From assembly GCF_056746865.1 (NCBI RefSeq), contig NZ_CM163382.1: a DNA stretch of 64,000 nt, one strand, 5' to 3'. The notes below the pieces were generated by a model, which worked only from the letters and a program-made list of their open reading frames with translations, did no database searches and was not told the DNA's origin. Every line of letters starts with the position of its first letter. The stretch's first letter is position 1. The translations under genes were made by a program, and so were the position numbers. Positions 11,928 through 21,557 of this stretch are shown piece after piece.

Positions 11928-12269
11928 TTACGCGACTTTCTGTTTACCGGCAATCACTCCAATAAACGCCTGCACCTGCTTTTGTTTACGCGCCGACAGT
12001 TTGCACACCTGGCGTAGCGACTGCATCAGTTCGCTCTCCTCGGCGGCGGGTGGTTGGGCGGTGAGGACAATACAGCCTTCCATCACTTTGACATCTACCG
12101 CCGTGCCAGTGGCAAAACCGGCGGCTTCCAGCCACTGACCTTTCAGGGTGATGGCGGGAATACGGCTGTAATCCGGGTAGCGACTCGCATAACCGACGGT
12201 GACATGACGGTTATTTGCCGGGGAGACTTCTGCTTCGAACGGTTGTGCAATAGAATGCGTGTCAGTCAT
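11928..12269 (-). CDS. symE: SymE, SOS-induced type I toxin (AbrB-fold RNA endonuclease-like)
   Basis: Translation [34 protein letters not shown].. (113 aa) inside the 132-aa track ORF. Confidence 0.85.
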   Translation of the reverse strand: MTDTHSIAQPFEAEVSPANNRHVTVGYASRYPDYSRIPAITLKGQWLEAAGFATGTAVDVKVMEGCIVLTAQPPAAEESELMQSLRQVCKLSARKQKQVQAFIGVIAGKQKVA

Positions 12270-12340
12270 AACTGCTATTCTCCAGGAATAGTGATTGTGA
12301 TTAGCGATGCGGGTGTGTTGGCGCACATCCGCACCGCGCT
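12255..12340 (+). ncRNA. symR: SymR antisense sRNA (antitoxin of symE), approximate position
   Basis: Established knowledge: SymR is encoded antisense to the symE 5-prime UTR and start codon; ends not determinable from sequence alone. Confidence 0.4.
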
Positions 12341-12342
12341 AA

Positions 12343-12362
12343 ATACCTGTATATATCATCAG
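12343..12362 (-). promoter_or_regulatory. Putative LexA operator (SOS box) in the symE promoter
   Basis: tacCTGTatatatcaTCAGta on + strand, CTGA-N8-ACAG on the symE strand, 7/8 match to the CTGT-N8-ACAG core. Confidence 0.45.
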
Positions 12363-12496
12363 TAAATATGGGGAAAGTCCAGCTAAAAATAGAATAAAAT
12401 GGGCAATTTCTGGAATGATTTAAATATATTTATGTGGGTTATGATTGGCGTGAAATAATAAAAAGCGCACCGGAAAGGTGCGCCAGAAAATAATGT

Positions 12497-13891
12497 TCAG
12501 GATTTTTTACGTGAGGCTTTTTTACCCCCGCTAGCTGCGCGTTCAGCTTTGATTTTTTCCAGCAACGCGGCGGCGCTGTTTTCTCCGCTGATCAAATCCG
12601 GGTTTTCGGCCCGCCACTGGGCGGTAAGTTCACCACGGAACGCTTTTGCCAGGATGGATTGCGTCAGGTTGTTGACGCGGGCTAAGGCGTTGTTGACCTG
12701 TTTTTCTATGGTGTCGGCGTAGGCGAAGAGTTGCTCGACGCGGCGAACGATTTCGGCTTGTTCTTTTACTGGAGGTAATAAAACAACTTGGGATTTGATA
12801 TCTTTTCCTGAAATACCTTTTTGACCAGAAGTTGTTTTCACGCAGTTCATCATTGCATTTCGTGCTGAGGGGGATGAAAAAAATATTTCGATATATTCTG
12901 GTAAAGCATCTTTGGTTAATCGAGCTCGAATAAGTTTATCAGGATATAGCAAATTTTGATGTTGTAATTTTTTCAATAACCCACAAACACCAACAAATTC
13001 TAAACTTCCGTTATAGCGAGTAAATAAAAGATCTCCATCTTGTAATTTGTGGCGGTTTAGTTCACTTTCTGAACATTCTAGAAACCGAATATCGTTTTGA
13101 TCTACATGGCCAGCACGTACAGAACTAATGCGTAGTATTGGATGACCAACACCACTTTCATTTGGCTTTGATGAAAGACCATTACGTAATTCAGTTAAGA
13201 TAGATTCAAAATTTAACTTCTTAAATACAGAATGTTGCGGCTCAAAATTACGCCATTTTTCTGTCAATTTTCCATTAACTGCGCCCCCCAATACCGCTTG
13301 ACGAAAACGTTTCAGGATTTGTGGGATTTGCTCAAAACGTGCTTTGGTGCTGTCTACCTGCGCCAGCAGCGTATCGAGTTTTTCAGCGATGATTTTTTGT
13401 TCGGCAAGTGGTGGGATTGGTATATTTATCAAATCAAAGCTTGCCGGCTTAATATTATTAATATTTGCACCAGCAGAAAGTGATGAAATTTTGTTTCGAT
13501 AAAGAGAAGATTTTGTGAAATGAGCAATAAAACCAGAAAATATAAGTTTTTCAGGACGTAATACACCGCAAAATGCGCCGAAACTACATTCAAATGGTAG
13601 ATGCTGATGTGCGGATTTACCAACTACGGATTTGCTCCCTGATGACATTGCAATAACAATATCTTCAGGAGATATTTTTTGATTTTCTTTAACAAGATTT
13701 TTAGGAACAAAAACCAAGTCCGTAGTATCAAACTTGCCATTCTGAATATTGTTCGCACGGATAAGAGGCAAATAATCATCTTTTAGATAATTTATTGCCT
13801 GCTCTTTTTTATACGTTACTCCTCGGATTAGAGTTGTGACCGTAGATACTGGGGCGATAACCCACCCCTCCGGCAATTTCCCCGCACTCAT
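12497..13891 (-). CDS. hsdS: HsdS, type I restriction-modification specificity subunit (EcoKI family)
   Basis: 464-aa translation MSAGKLPEGWVIAPVSTVTTLIRG..; AT-rich target-recognition regions; stop overlaps hsdM. Confidence 0.9.
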   Translation of the reverse strand: MSAGKLPEGWVIAPVSTVTTLIRGVTYKKEQAINYLKDDYLPLIRANNIQNGKFDTTDLVFVPKNLVKENQKISPEDIVIAMSSGSKSVVGKSAHQHLPFECSFGAFCGVLRPEKLIFSGFIAHFTKSSLYRNKISSLSAGANINNIKPASFDLINIPIPPLAEQKIIAEKLDTLLAQVDSTKARFEQIPQILKRFRQAVLGGAVNGKLTEKWRNFEPQHSVFKKLNFESILTELRNGLSSKPNESGVGHPILRISSVRAGHVDQNDIRFLECSESELNRHKLQDGDLLFTRYNGSLEFVGVCGLLKKLQHQNLLYPDKLIRARLTKDALPEYIEIFFSSPSARNAMMNCVKTTSGQKGISGKDIKSQVVLLPPVKEQAEIVRRVEQLFAYADTIEKQVNNALARVNNLTQSILAKAFRGELTAQWRAENPDLISGENSAAALLEKIKAERAASGGKKASRKKS

Positions 13892-15477
13892 TCCTTCACC
13901 CCACCAAACGCTTCTTCCAGCAACTGACGCTGCAAATCGGCCTCATCGCTCGCCCCCAGTTCACGCATCAGCGCATCCAGTTCAGACAGCGCCTGTACCA
14001 GTTCGCCCATCGCTTCTGCCGCTAATACATCCGGCTCCGGCAGGCTGTCGGCATCAATACTGTCTTTATCTTTCAGCCAGGAGATATCCAGCGAATCGGA
14101 TTTTGCGGTGCGGATCCACTCACGGCTGAACTTGCGCCAGCGGCTGGTAGCAAGATGCTGGTCGGTGTTTTTGTTCTCTTCGCTGTCGGCAACTTCCGTC
14201 TCTTCGGCGTTAAAACTCCATTCACCTTCAGTGCGCGGGCTTAAACCGTGCGGGTCTTCGCCATACACGCGCTCAAACGGCTGCAAATGCTCGTCGGTAA
14301 ACGGTGTGCGCTTGCCGAAACTCGGCATATTGGTACGCAGGTCATACACCCACACGTCGTCGGTGCAGTTCTTATCCTGATGCGGGTTCGCCACTGTGCC
14401 TTTGGTAAAGAACAGCACGTTGGTCTTCACGCCCTGCGCGTAAAAAATACCGGTCGGCAGACGCAGAATGGTGTGCAGATGACACTTATCCATCAGGTCA
14501 CGACGGATGTCGGTGCCTTTGCCGCCTTCAAACAACACGTTATCTGGCACCACCACCGCCGCACGACCGCCGGGATGCAGCGTTTCGATAATATGCTGCA
14601 TAAAGCACAGCTGTTTGTTGCTGGTCGGGTGAACAAAGGTGCGGGTAATGTTGGTGCCTGCGGCGCTGCCAAACGGCGGGTTAGTGGCGACAATATGCGC
14701 CTTCGGCAGGTTTTCACCGTCGCTGCCCAGGGTGTTGCCCAGACGGATTGCGCCGCCGTGGTCGAGGTTGCCTTCAATATCGTGCAGCAGGCAGTTCATC
14801 AGTGCCAGACGACGGGTGCCGGGCACCAGTTCGAGGCCGATAAACGCGCGGTGGATCTGGAAATCCTGCGTGTCGCCATCAAGGTCGTCCAGATCATTGG
14901 TTTGCGACTTAACATAGCGGTCGGCTTCAATCAAAAAGCCCGCCGTACCTGCCGCCGGGTCCTGCACCACTTCACGCGGCTGCGGTTTCAGCAGATGAAT
15001 AATGGTTTTAATCAGCGGACGCGGGGTGAAGTACTGGCCTGCACCAGACTTGGTTTCATTCGCGTTCTTCTGCAACAGCCCTTCGTACATATCGCCGAAG
15101 TCATCGCGCGACTTACCGTGCGCGCCGTTGTACCAGTCCAGCGAATCCATATTGCTGACCAGTGCGGTTATTTGTTTCGGCTCGGTGATGGTGGTACTAA
15201 CATTATGAAAAACTGCCTGTACCAGCTTTTTGTCATCTTCGCCTAAATGCACGAGCATTTTTCGGTAGAACTGCAACTGCTCCTGGCCGATGCGGGATTT
15301 CAGGTCATCCCAGCGGTAACCTTCCGGCAGGTATTCCGCTTCCTGACCGGTCTCTTTACACATTTTCAAAAACAGCAGCGAGGCGAGTTCATTGACGTAG
15401 TTTTGATAGGAAACGCCGCCATCGCGCAGGTTGTCGCACAGCTTCCACAGCTTCGCGACCAGATCGTTATTGTTCAT
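13888..15477 (-). CDS. hsdM: HsdM, type I R-M N6-adenine DNA methyltransferase
   Basis: 529-aa translation with NPPF catalytic motif (..HIVATNPPFGSAAG..) and AdoMet-binding region; 4-nt overlap with hsdS. Confidence 0.92.
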   Translation of the reverse strand: MNNNDLVAKLWKLCDNLRDGGVSYQNYVNELASLLFLKMCKETGQEAEYLPEGYRWDDLKSRIGQEQLQFYRKMLVHLGEDDKKLVQAVFHNVSTTITEPKQITALVSNMDSLDWYNGAHGKSRDDFGDMYEGLLQKNANETKSGAGQYFTPRPLIKTIIHLLKPQPREVVQDPAAGTAGFLIEADRYVKSQTNDLDDLDGDTQDFQIHRAFIGLELVPGTRRLALMNCLLHDIEGNLDHGGAIRLGNTLGSDGENLPKAHIVATNPPFGSAAGTNITRTFVHPTSNKQLCFMQHIIETLHPGGRAAVVVPDNVLFEGGKGTDIRRDLMDKCHLHTILRLPTGIFYAQGVKTNVLFFTKGTVANPHQDKNCTDDVWVYDLRTNMPSFGKRTPFTDEHLQPFERVYGEDPHGLSPRTEGEWSFNAEETEVADSEENKNTDQHLATSRWRKFSREWIRTAKSDSLDISWLKDKDSIDADSLPEPDVLAAEAMGELVQALSELDALMRELGASDEADLQRQLLEEAFGGVKE

Positions 15478-15567
15478 TGTGAGTTCCGTAAATTAAGCAG
15501 CGGCCCAAATTCATCGAGCCGCAGAAGAAGAAATTGCCGAGGGTAATATACACAAAATCATTCAGGT

Positions 15568-15662
15568 TGCATCAAGGCGGCAAGTGAGTGAATCCCCGGG
15601 AGCGTACAGAAGTACGTGACCGGGGTGAACGAGCGCAGCCAACGCAGAGGCAGCCTGAAGGA
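15568..15662. repeat. ERIC (IRU)-like intergenic repeat between hsdM and hsdR
   Basis: Contains AAGTGAGTGAATCCCCGGGAGCGTACAGAAGTACGTGACCGGGGTGAACGAGCG, close to the ERIC core GTGAATCCCCAGGAGCTTACAT..GGGGTGAGCG. Confidence 0.65.
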
Positions 15663-15677
15663 TGAAGTGTATACGTG

Positions 15678-18600
15678 TCAGGCCAGCTCGTCCCAGATAT
15701 AATCGCTGAATTTGCCCAGCAGGGTATCGAGATTATCGTCAAAGGTTCTTTGCAGCATCGCCTTCCCGCCGCGACGGTGGAAGTTGCCGGTTTTGAAGAC
15801 ATCGTCGTCGAGCACCACTTTCTCTTTCAGCGCCTGCGCTAAACGATCGAGCCAGCTTAATTGCTCGCTGCTCCAGTCGTTTTCGCCCTTAATGCGCGTC
15901 AGCGCGTGATCGACACGTTCCTCAAACGGTTTCAGCGCATCGCCCACCGCAGCGCGGCGAATATGACCAATCAGCCGGGCGGCGATATCTTCATTGCGCG
16001 TCTCTTTCCATGCTTTGCGCAGGGAAGATTCCTCAAAGTGCTGGCGGTCAAACCACTCCTGTAGCTCGACCAGCCCTTTACGGGTGAGATCGCGCGGGCG
16101 ATTAATAACTGCCTGCAATGCCGGTTGCGCGTTCGGGGAACGTTGCACCAGCGAGTCAAAGGCTTCGAGGAAATCCTGCGGCGTGTCGTAATCACCGTAC
16201 AGCGATTTTACACTCACCACTTCATCGTCGATATCGAGGAAGATCGGCGCATCATTCAGGTTGTTGATGTCCGTTTTCAGCTTTTCCAGACGGGCGATAA
16301 AGCCAGGCAGTTTGTTAAAGACTTCGGCGCTCCAGTGCGGCCCTTTTTCCCGCAGGCGCGAGGCGAAGCCGTTAAAGCCCACCCCCGCCGCGTCCTGGCA
16401 TAGCTCATCCAGACGACGCACCTGTTTATCTATCGTTTCGCTGCGGTCACGGTTAAACGTGGCCAGGCCGATGATGCGCTGGAGCTTCGCCACCAGTTGT
16501 TCATGGCTGTGCTCGGCAAAACTGCGGCCATCCGCTTCGGTGATTTTATAGGTTTCTGAATCGGTAATTTCGTTGACCAGCGTTTGCAGCTCCACCTTAG
16601 GACGCACCACCACCGGACGCATGGTGTCGACGCTCTCCAGCGTGCTGTATATATCGACGCAGTCGAAAATCTTAAAGCTGGTTTTATTCACGTCCGGGCA
16701 CAAGCGCGTGGCGCGGCCTTTCATCTGCTCGTACAGAATACGGCTGCGTACTTTACGCAGGAACACGATGTTACAGATCGACGGAATATCGACGCCGGTC
16801 GTCAGCAGGTCGACGGTTACCACAATATTGGGCAGCCGCTCTTTATTGAAGCGGGTGATCATGGTCTGCACTTTGCGCGCGTCTTTATCGGCATCACCGG
16901 TGATCTTGATTATCGCGTCGTGCTCCAGTTGCGGATACTTTTTCTTGAACGCGGTACGCAACTCTTCCACCACCATATCGGCATGGGCATTGGTGACGCA
17001 GAAGACCAGCGTTTTTTGCGACCCGGTCGGGTCAAGGTAGTTGGTGAGTTCGTTACAGACGGCGCGGTTAAACGCCGGGATCACCAGGCCACGGTTAAAG
17101 TCGGCGACCTCAAAATCCTGATCGTCTTCCAGGGTGTCGTTGATTACTTCCCCCTGCGGGCTGATGCGCTCTACCTGTTCGCCTTTGGAGAGATAAACAC
17201 CCTCCTGTGCGTTGCGGGTGGTGATCTGAATTGGTGGATCCTGGTCGATCAGAAAACCGTCGATAACCGCGGTACGGTAGGTATAACGGTAAACCGGCTC
17301 GCCGAAAATCTGCACCGTATGCAACGCCGGGGTGGCGGTGAGGGCGATTTTTATCGCATCGAAGTGATCGAGAATGCGACGGTAGGCAGAGACATAATCC
17401 AGCTGGCTGCGGAACTGTAGTTCGCCTTCGGTCTGCTCTTTATCGAGAATATAGCCGCGATGCGCTTCATCGACGACGATACAGTCGTAACGGGCCACCG
17501 GCATCGGTTCATCTGATTGCAGGGTGCGTTTCACCAGCGACTGTACGGTGGCAACGTGAATTTTGGTGCTGTCTTCCGGGAATTTATCCGTCAGCCCTTT
17601 AATGTCGAAAATGCTGTTGAAGGTGTCGCCGTTAATACGCGTATCTTCAAACGCCCCCAGCGCCTGCTCGCCAAGAGAACGGCGATCCACAAGGAAGAGA
17701 ATGCGTTTAAAACGCTGGGACTGGATCAGGCGGAACATCATGGCAATTGCGGTGCGGGTTTTACCGGTACCGGTCGCCATCGCCAGCAGGATCTCTTGTT
17801 GACCCTTGACGATTGCCTTTTCCACCGCGCGGACGGCATCTTCCTGATAATAACGCAGGCCCAGCTCGCTCATGCCGGGATTATCGGCAAACCACTGATT
17901 CTGTTTTTGCGGTTCGCTGCCGAGCATTTCCAGCAGCTCTTCCGGGCGATGCCACTCGGGTAAGGCTTTCGACATATTGCGGGTATCACGCACGTCGCGA
18001 TACCAGATGCCACTTTTAGTCTTCATTGCTGCGCGGTATTCGCGCCCGTTGGTGGAGTAGCAGAAGGGGATTTTAAACCGTTGTTGGCCGCTGGAGTCCT
18101 GCCAGCTAGTTTCATACTCCGGCACCGCTTCATGCACTTCATCCGGTGAGTAGTGCTCAAGCAAGGTTTCCCGCAGGAAGCCATTATCGAAGCATTTACT
18201 GTAGCGATACGACTCATTGAGCTTGCCGGGAACGTCGATATTTTTACGTTTCGCCTCTACCACCGCGATGGGTTTGAGGCCGACAAACAGCACATAATCC
18301 GCAAAGCCCTGTTTACCCGTTTCATCTTTCCCGGTCGGCCATTCGGCAATGGCTTTATTGACGCCGGGTTCCGGGCGCGCGCCTTTGGAGAAGCGCAGGG
18401 TTTTGCTATCGGCCTGCCAGCCTGCTTTACGCAGTTGCGCATCAATCAGGAAGCGGCTCTCTTCTTCGCTAAGGTTGAGTGTGCGCTTGATGGCCTGATC
18501 GGTAATTTCTTTGTGGTAAGCCTTACGTTCCTGTTCAGTCTGTTTGGCCAGTTCCGCGTTCTTCTCGGCGAGCTGTGCTTCCAGCGCCGCAAGGCGAGCC

Positions 18601-19190
18601 TGGGTTTGCGCTTCTGTTTCCTGCTGTTTGCCTTCCAGAATAGCGATATAGCCGTTCAGGGCAACCAGCTTCTGCTGTTGCGCTTCGACTTCTGCCTGAG
18701 TCTGCGCTTTTTCTCGCACCTGCTGTTCAAGCTGTTGTTTTAGCGTCAGCACTTCCTGGTGATAGAGGTTCTCGCCACGTTCTGGTAACACAAACACCGG
18801 CACCGGGAAGTCATAATCTTTAGTGACCAGACGGTAGTACCAGACAGCCAGGCGGAACCCGAGTCGCAGGCACATCTGGGCATCGTCGAGATCGTTGTGA
18901 TATTCGTGCACCGCCTGGTTACCAATGCGGCGTAATTTGTGAAATACAGAGAGAATGTTGTCATCAACGAAGGCGATTTTGCCGAGTTCGCGCAGGAGAT
19001 CGTGTTGATTCTCACAAGGGGGGATGTTGAGTAACAGACCAAGATGTTTCGCTGTGGCTTCGCCAAACATACGCATTTTAATTAGCGTCGTGTTGGGATC
19101 ATCCGGGTAGTTATTTTCCGCCGCACAGGCGATGGCATAAGTGAAGTCGTTGACGCCCTTCAGGAATTCGAAGTTGGATTTATTCATCAT
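15678..19190 (-). CDS. hsdR: HsdR, type I R-M restriction endonuclease/translocase subunit
   Basis: 1170-aa translation with DEAD-like helicase motifs (AMATGTGKT, VVDEAH) and N-terminal nuclease region. Confidence 0.92.
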   Translation of the reverse strand: MMNKSNFEFLKGVNDFTYAIACAAENNYPDDPNTTLIKMRMFGEATAKHLGLLLNIPPCENQHDLLRELGKIAFVDDNILSVFHKLRRIGNQAVHEYHNDLDDAQMCLRLGFRLAVWYYRLVTKDYDFPVPVFVLPERGENLYHQEVLTLKQQLEQQVREKAQTQAEVEAQQQKLVALNGYIAILEGKQQETEAQTQARLAALEAQLAEKNAELAKQTEQERKAYHKEITDQAIKRTLNLSEEESRFLIDAQLRKAGWQADSKTLRFSKGARPEPGVNKAIAEWPTGKDETGKQGFADYVLFVGLKPIAVVEAKRKNIDVPGKLNESYRYSKCFDNGFLRETLLEHYSPDEVHEAVPEYETSWQDSSGQQRFKIPFCYSTNGREYRAAMKTKSGIWYRDVRDTRNMSKALPEWHRPEELLEMLGSEPQKQNQWFADNPGMSELGLRYYQEDAVRAVEKAIVKGQQEILLAMATGTGKTRTAIAMMFRLIQSQRFKRILFLVDRRSLGEQALGAFEDTRINGDTFNSIFDIKGLTDKFPEDSTKIHVATVQSLVKRTLQSDEPMPVARYDCIVVDEAHRGYILDKEQTEGELQFRSQLDYVSAYRRILDHFDAIKIALTATPALHTVQIFGEPVYRYTYRTAVIDGFLIDQDPPIQITTRNAQEGVYLSKGEQVERISPQGEVINDTLEDDQDFEVADFNRGLVIPAFNRAVCNELTNYLDPTGSQKTLVFCVTNAHADMVVEELRTAFKKKYPQLEHDAIIKITGDADKDARKVQTMITRFNKERLPNIVVTVDLLTTGVDIPSICNIVFLRKVRSRILYEQMKGRATRLCPDVNKTSFKIFDCVDIYSTLESVDTMRPVVVRPKVELQTLVNEITDSETYKITEADGRSFAEHSHEQLVAKLQRIIGLATFNRDRSETIDKQVRRLDELCQDAAGVGFNGFASRLREKGPHWSAEVFNKLPGFIARLEKLKTDINNLNDAPIFLDIDDEVVSVKSLYGDYDTPQDFLEAFDSLVQRSPNAQPALQAVINRPRDLTRKGLVELQEWFDRQHFEESSLRKAWKETRNEDIAARLIGHIRRAAVGDALKPFEERVDHALTRIKGENDWSSEQLSWLDRLAQALKEKVVLDDDVFKTGNFHRRGGKAMLQRTFDDNLDTLLGKFSDYIWDELA

Positions 19191-19377
19191 TGTTATTAAT
19201 CCATTGCTGTGTGGGCCTGTCCAAATATTTAAGGCCCATAACGTCTTATCTTAGCTTTCTGTACCTTTCCGGACAATGACCGGAGTCACAGCAACTGACT
19301 CATTTCTAACGTGTTCGTCTATTTTGGTAGTGTTATAGTAGCCGAAAAACATCTACCTGATTCTGCAAGGATGTACT

Positions 19378-20292
19378 ATGACGGTTCCTACCTATGACAA
19401 ATTTATTGAACCTGTTCTGCGTTATCTGGCGACAAAACCGGAAGGTGCAGCCGCGCGTGATGTTCATGAGGCTGCCGCGGATGCATTAGGACTGGATGAC
19501 AGCCAGCGAGCGAAAGTCATTACCAGCGGACAACTTGTTTATAAAAATCGTGCAGGCTGGGCACATGACCGTTTAAAACGTGCCGGGTTGTCGCAAAGTT
19601 TGTCGCGTGGCAAATGGTGCCTGACTCCTGCGGGTTTTGACTGGGTTGCGTCTCATCCCCAGCCAATGACGGAGCAGGAGACGAACCATCTGGCCTTCGA
19701 TTTTGTGAATGTCAAACTTAAGTCACGGCCGGATGCCGTCGATTTAGATCCGAAAGCCGACTCTCCCGATCATGAAGAACTAGCAAAGAGCAGCCCGGAC
19801 GATCGGTTAGATCAGGCGCTAAAAGAGCTTCGTGATGCGGTGGCTGATGAGGTTCTGGAAAACTTATTGCAGGTTTCTCCTTCGCGCTTTGAAGTCATTG
19901 TTCTGGATGTTTTGCATCGCCTGGGGTATGGCGGCCACCGTGATGATTTGCAGCGTGTTGGCGGTACTGGAGATGGTGGCATCGATGGTGTGATATCGCT
20001 TGATAAACTTGGCCTGGAGAAAGTTTATGTTCAGGCAAAACGTTGGCAGAACACTGTAGGCAGGCCAGAATTACAGGCATTTTACGGCGCACTGGCTGGG
20101 CAAAAGGCGAAACGTGGGGTGTTTATTACCACTTCTGGATTTACGTCTCAGGCGCGTGACTTTGCTCAATCCGTCGAGGGTATGGTGTTGGTTGATGGGG
20201 AACGCCTGGTGCACTTAATGATCGAAAACGAAGTAGGGGTTTCTTCACGTTTGTTGAAGGTGCCGAAACTGGATATGGACTATTTTGAGTGA
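19378..20292 (+). CDS. mrr: Mrr, modified-DNA (methyladenine/methylcytosine) restriction endonuclease (type IV)
   Basis: 304-aa translation MTVPTYDKFIEPVLRYLATKPEGAAARDV..; divergent from hsdR. Confidence 0.9.
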   Translation: MTVPTYDKFIEPVLRYLATKPEGAAARDVHEAAADALGLDDSQRAKVITSGQLVYKNRAGWAHDRLKRAGLSQSLSRGKWCLTPAGFDWVASHPQPMTEQETNHLAFDFVNVKLKSRPDAVDLDPKADSPDHEELAKSSPDDRLDQALKELRDAVADEVLENLLQVSPSRFEVIVLDVLHRLGYGGHRDDLQRVGGTGDGGIDGVISLDKLGLEKVYVQAKRWQNTVGRPELQAFYGALAGQKAKRGVFITTSGFTSQARDFAQSVEGMVLVDGERLVHLMIENEVGVSSRLLKVPKLDMDYFE

Positions 20293-20295
20293 AAT

Positions 20296-20335
20296 ATCAG
20301 GCCGGATGCGGCTGCGCCTTATCCGGCCCATAACC
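20296..20335. repeat. REP element between convergent mrr and yjiA
   Basis: gccggatgcggctgcgccttatccggcc palindromic REP consensus. Confidence 0.7.
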
Positions 20336-20337
20336 CC

Positions 20338-21294
20338 TTACTTCCTCAACCCCGCAAACGCCGCCCGAATCTCATCCTCCGGCAACTGAATCCCGATAAA
20401 CACCATCGTGCTATGCGGTTTTTCATCGCCCCACGGTCTGTCCCAGTCGGCGCTGTAGAGGCGCTGGACGCCCTGGAACAGCAGGCGGTTAGCTTCGCCG
20501 TCAATCCACAGCATCCCTTTGTAACGCAGCAGTTTATCCGCCGATTCCAGCAGCAGGTTTTCCATCACGCGGGAAACTTCGCTGATATCTACCGGGTAAT
20601 CCAGTTCCACCACAATCGACGAAATATCGTTTTGTTTATCCGCGATAAAGTGGAAACGCGGTTTGGTGCTGACGACGTTCTCTTCCAGCATAAAACCGTT
20701 GGTGTTGAACAGCAGGCCCAGGTCGATGTCGCCGTGGGTAACGGTGTAGACCGGTGCACGGGCGTTGATGCGCGCCAGGCGTTCGCGCAGTTTTTCTGCT
20801 TCGCCTGCGACGTCGGTTTTAGTCAGCAGAATACGGTCGGCGTAGCCAACCTGTGACTGGGCGATGGTGAACTGGTTCATCTGCTCATCGGCATGTACCG
20901 CATCCACCAGCGCAATCACGCCGTCCAGCAGGTAACGCTGGCATAAAATCTCATGGGAGAAAAAGGTCTGAATAATCGGGCCGGGATCGGCCATGCCGGT
21001 GCATTCAATGACCAGACGGTCGAACTGAATATTGCCCTTGTCGAGATTATCCAGCAGGTCGAGTAGCGCGTCCTCCAGCTCGTTGGAGCGCGAACAGCAG
21101 ATGCAGCCGTTGGTCAGCGTTTTGATCTGCGTGGCGCGGTCACCAATCAGTTGATCATCAACGGAGACTTCGCCGAATTCGTTTTCAATCACGGCAATCT
21201 TGTAGCCGTGTTGTTCGTTAAGAATATGGCGCAGCAGGGTGGTTTTGCCCGCGCCTAAAAAACCGGTGAGTAGGGTAACTGCAATCGGGTTCAT
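20338..21294 (-). CDS. yjiA: YjiA, COG0523-family P-loop GTPase (metal chaperone-like)
   Basis: Translation MNPIAVTLLTGFLGAGKTTLLRHILNEQHGYKIAVIENEFGE.. (318 aa from the internal Met of the 346-aa track ORF). Confidence 0.85.
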   Translation of the reverse strand: MNPIAVTLLTGFLGAGKTTLLRHILNEQHGYKIAVIENEFGEVSVDDQLIGDRATQIKTLTNGCICCSRSNELEDALLDLLDNLDKGNIQFDRLVIECTGMADPGPIIQTFFSHEILCQRYLLDGVIALVDAVHADEQMNQFTIAQSQVGYADRILLTKTDVAGEAEKLRERLARINARAPVYTVTHGDIDLGLLFNTNGFMLEENVVSTKPRFHFIADKQNDISSIVVELDYPVDISEVSRVMENLLLESADKLLRYKGMLWIDGEANRLLFQGVQRLYSADWDRPWGDEKPHSTMVFIGIQLPEDEIRAAFAGLRK

Positions 21295-21304
21295 GCTCTC
21301 TCCA

Positions 21305-21508
21305 TTAACAACAGCGCATACCGCCTTTACCATCGCCGCCGTAGCGCGCGTTCTGGCGTTCGCGGAAGAATTCTTCATAGCTCATGTACGGCTTGTCGGG
21401 ATGGTTGGTCTTCATATGCTCGACGTAGTTGTCGTAGTCTGGAATGCCAATCAACATCTTCGCCGCCTGGCCGAGATATTTTTTTGCCTGTCCTAAGTTA
21501 CCAAACAT
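21305..21508 (-). CDS. yjiX: YjiX, small conserved protein (67 aa) co-transcribed with yjiA
   Basis: 67-aa [51 protein letters not shown].. immediately upstream of yjiA. Confidence 0.8.
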
Positions 21509-21557
21509 AGTTCACTCTGATAAGAACAAAGCCCCGCCGAAGCGGGGCTAAACACGG

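Noticed and set aside
14248-15246. 332-aa plus-strand ORF inside hsdM
   Set aside because: Antisense to a well-conserved methyltransferase gene; the translation is low-complexity and Arg/His-rich, typical of antisense frames in GC-rich coding sequence.
16584-17420. 278-aa plus-strand ORF (and neighbours at 16573-17040, 17517-17963, 18153-18743) inside hsdR
   Set aside because: All are antisense to hsdR, with no RBS context or motifs; treated as spurious.
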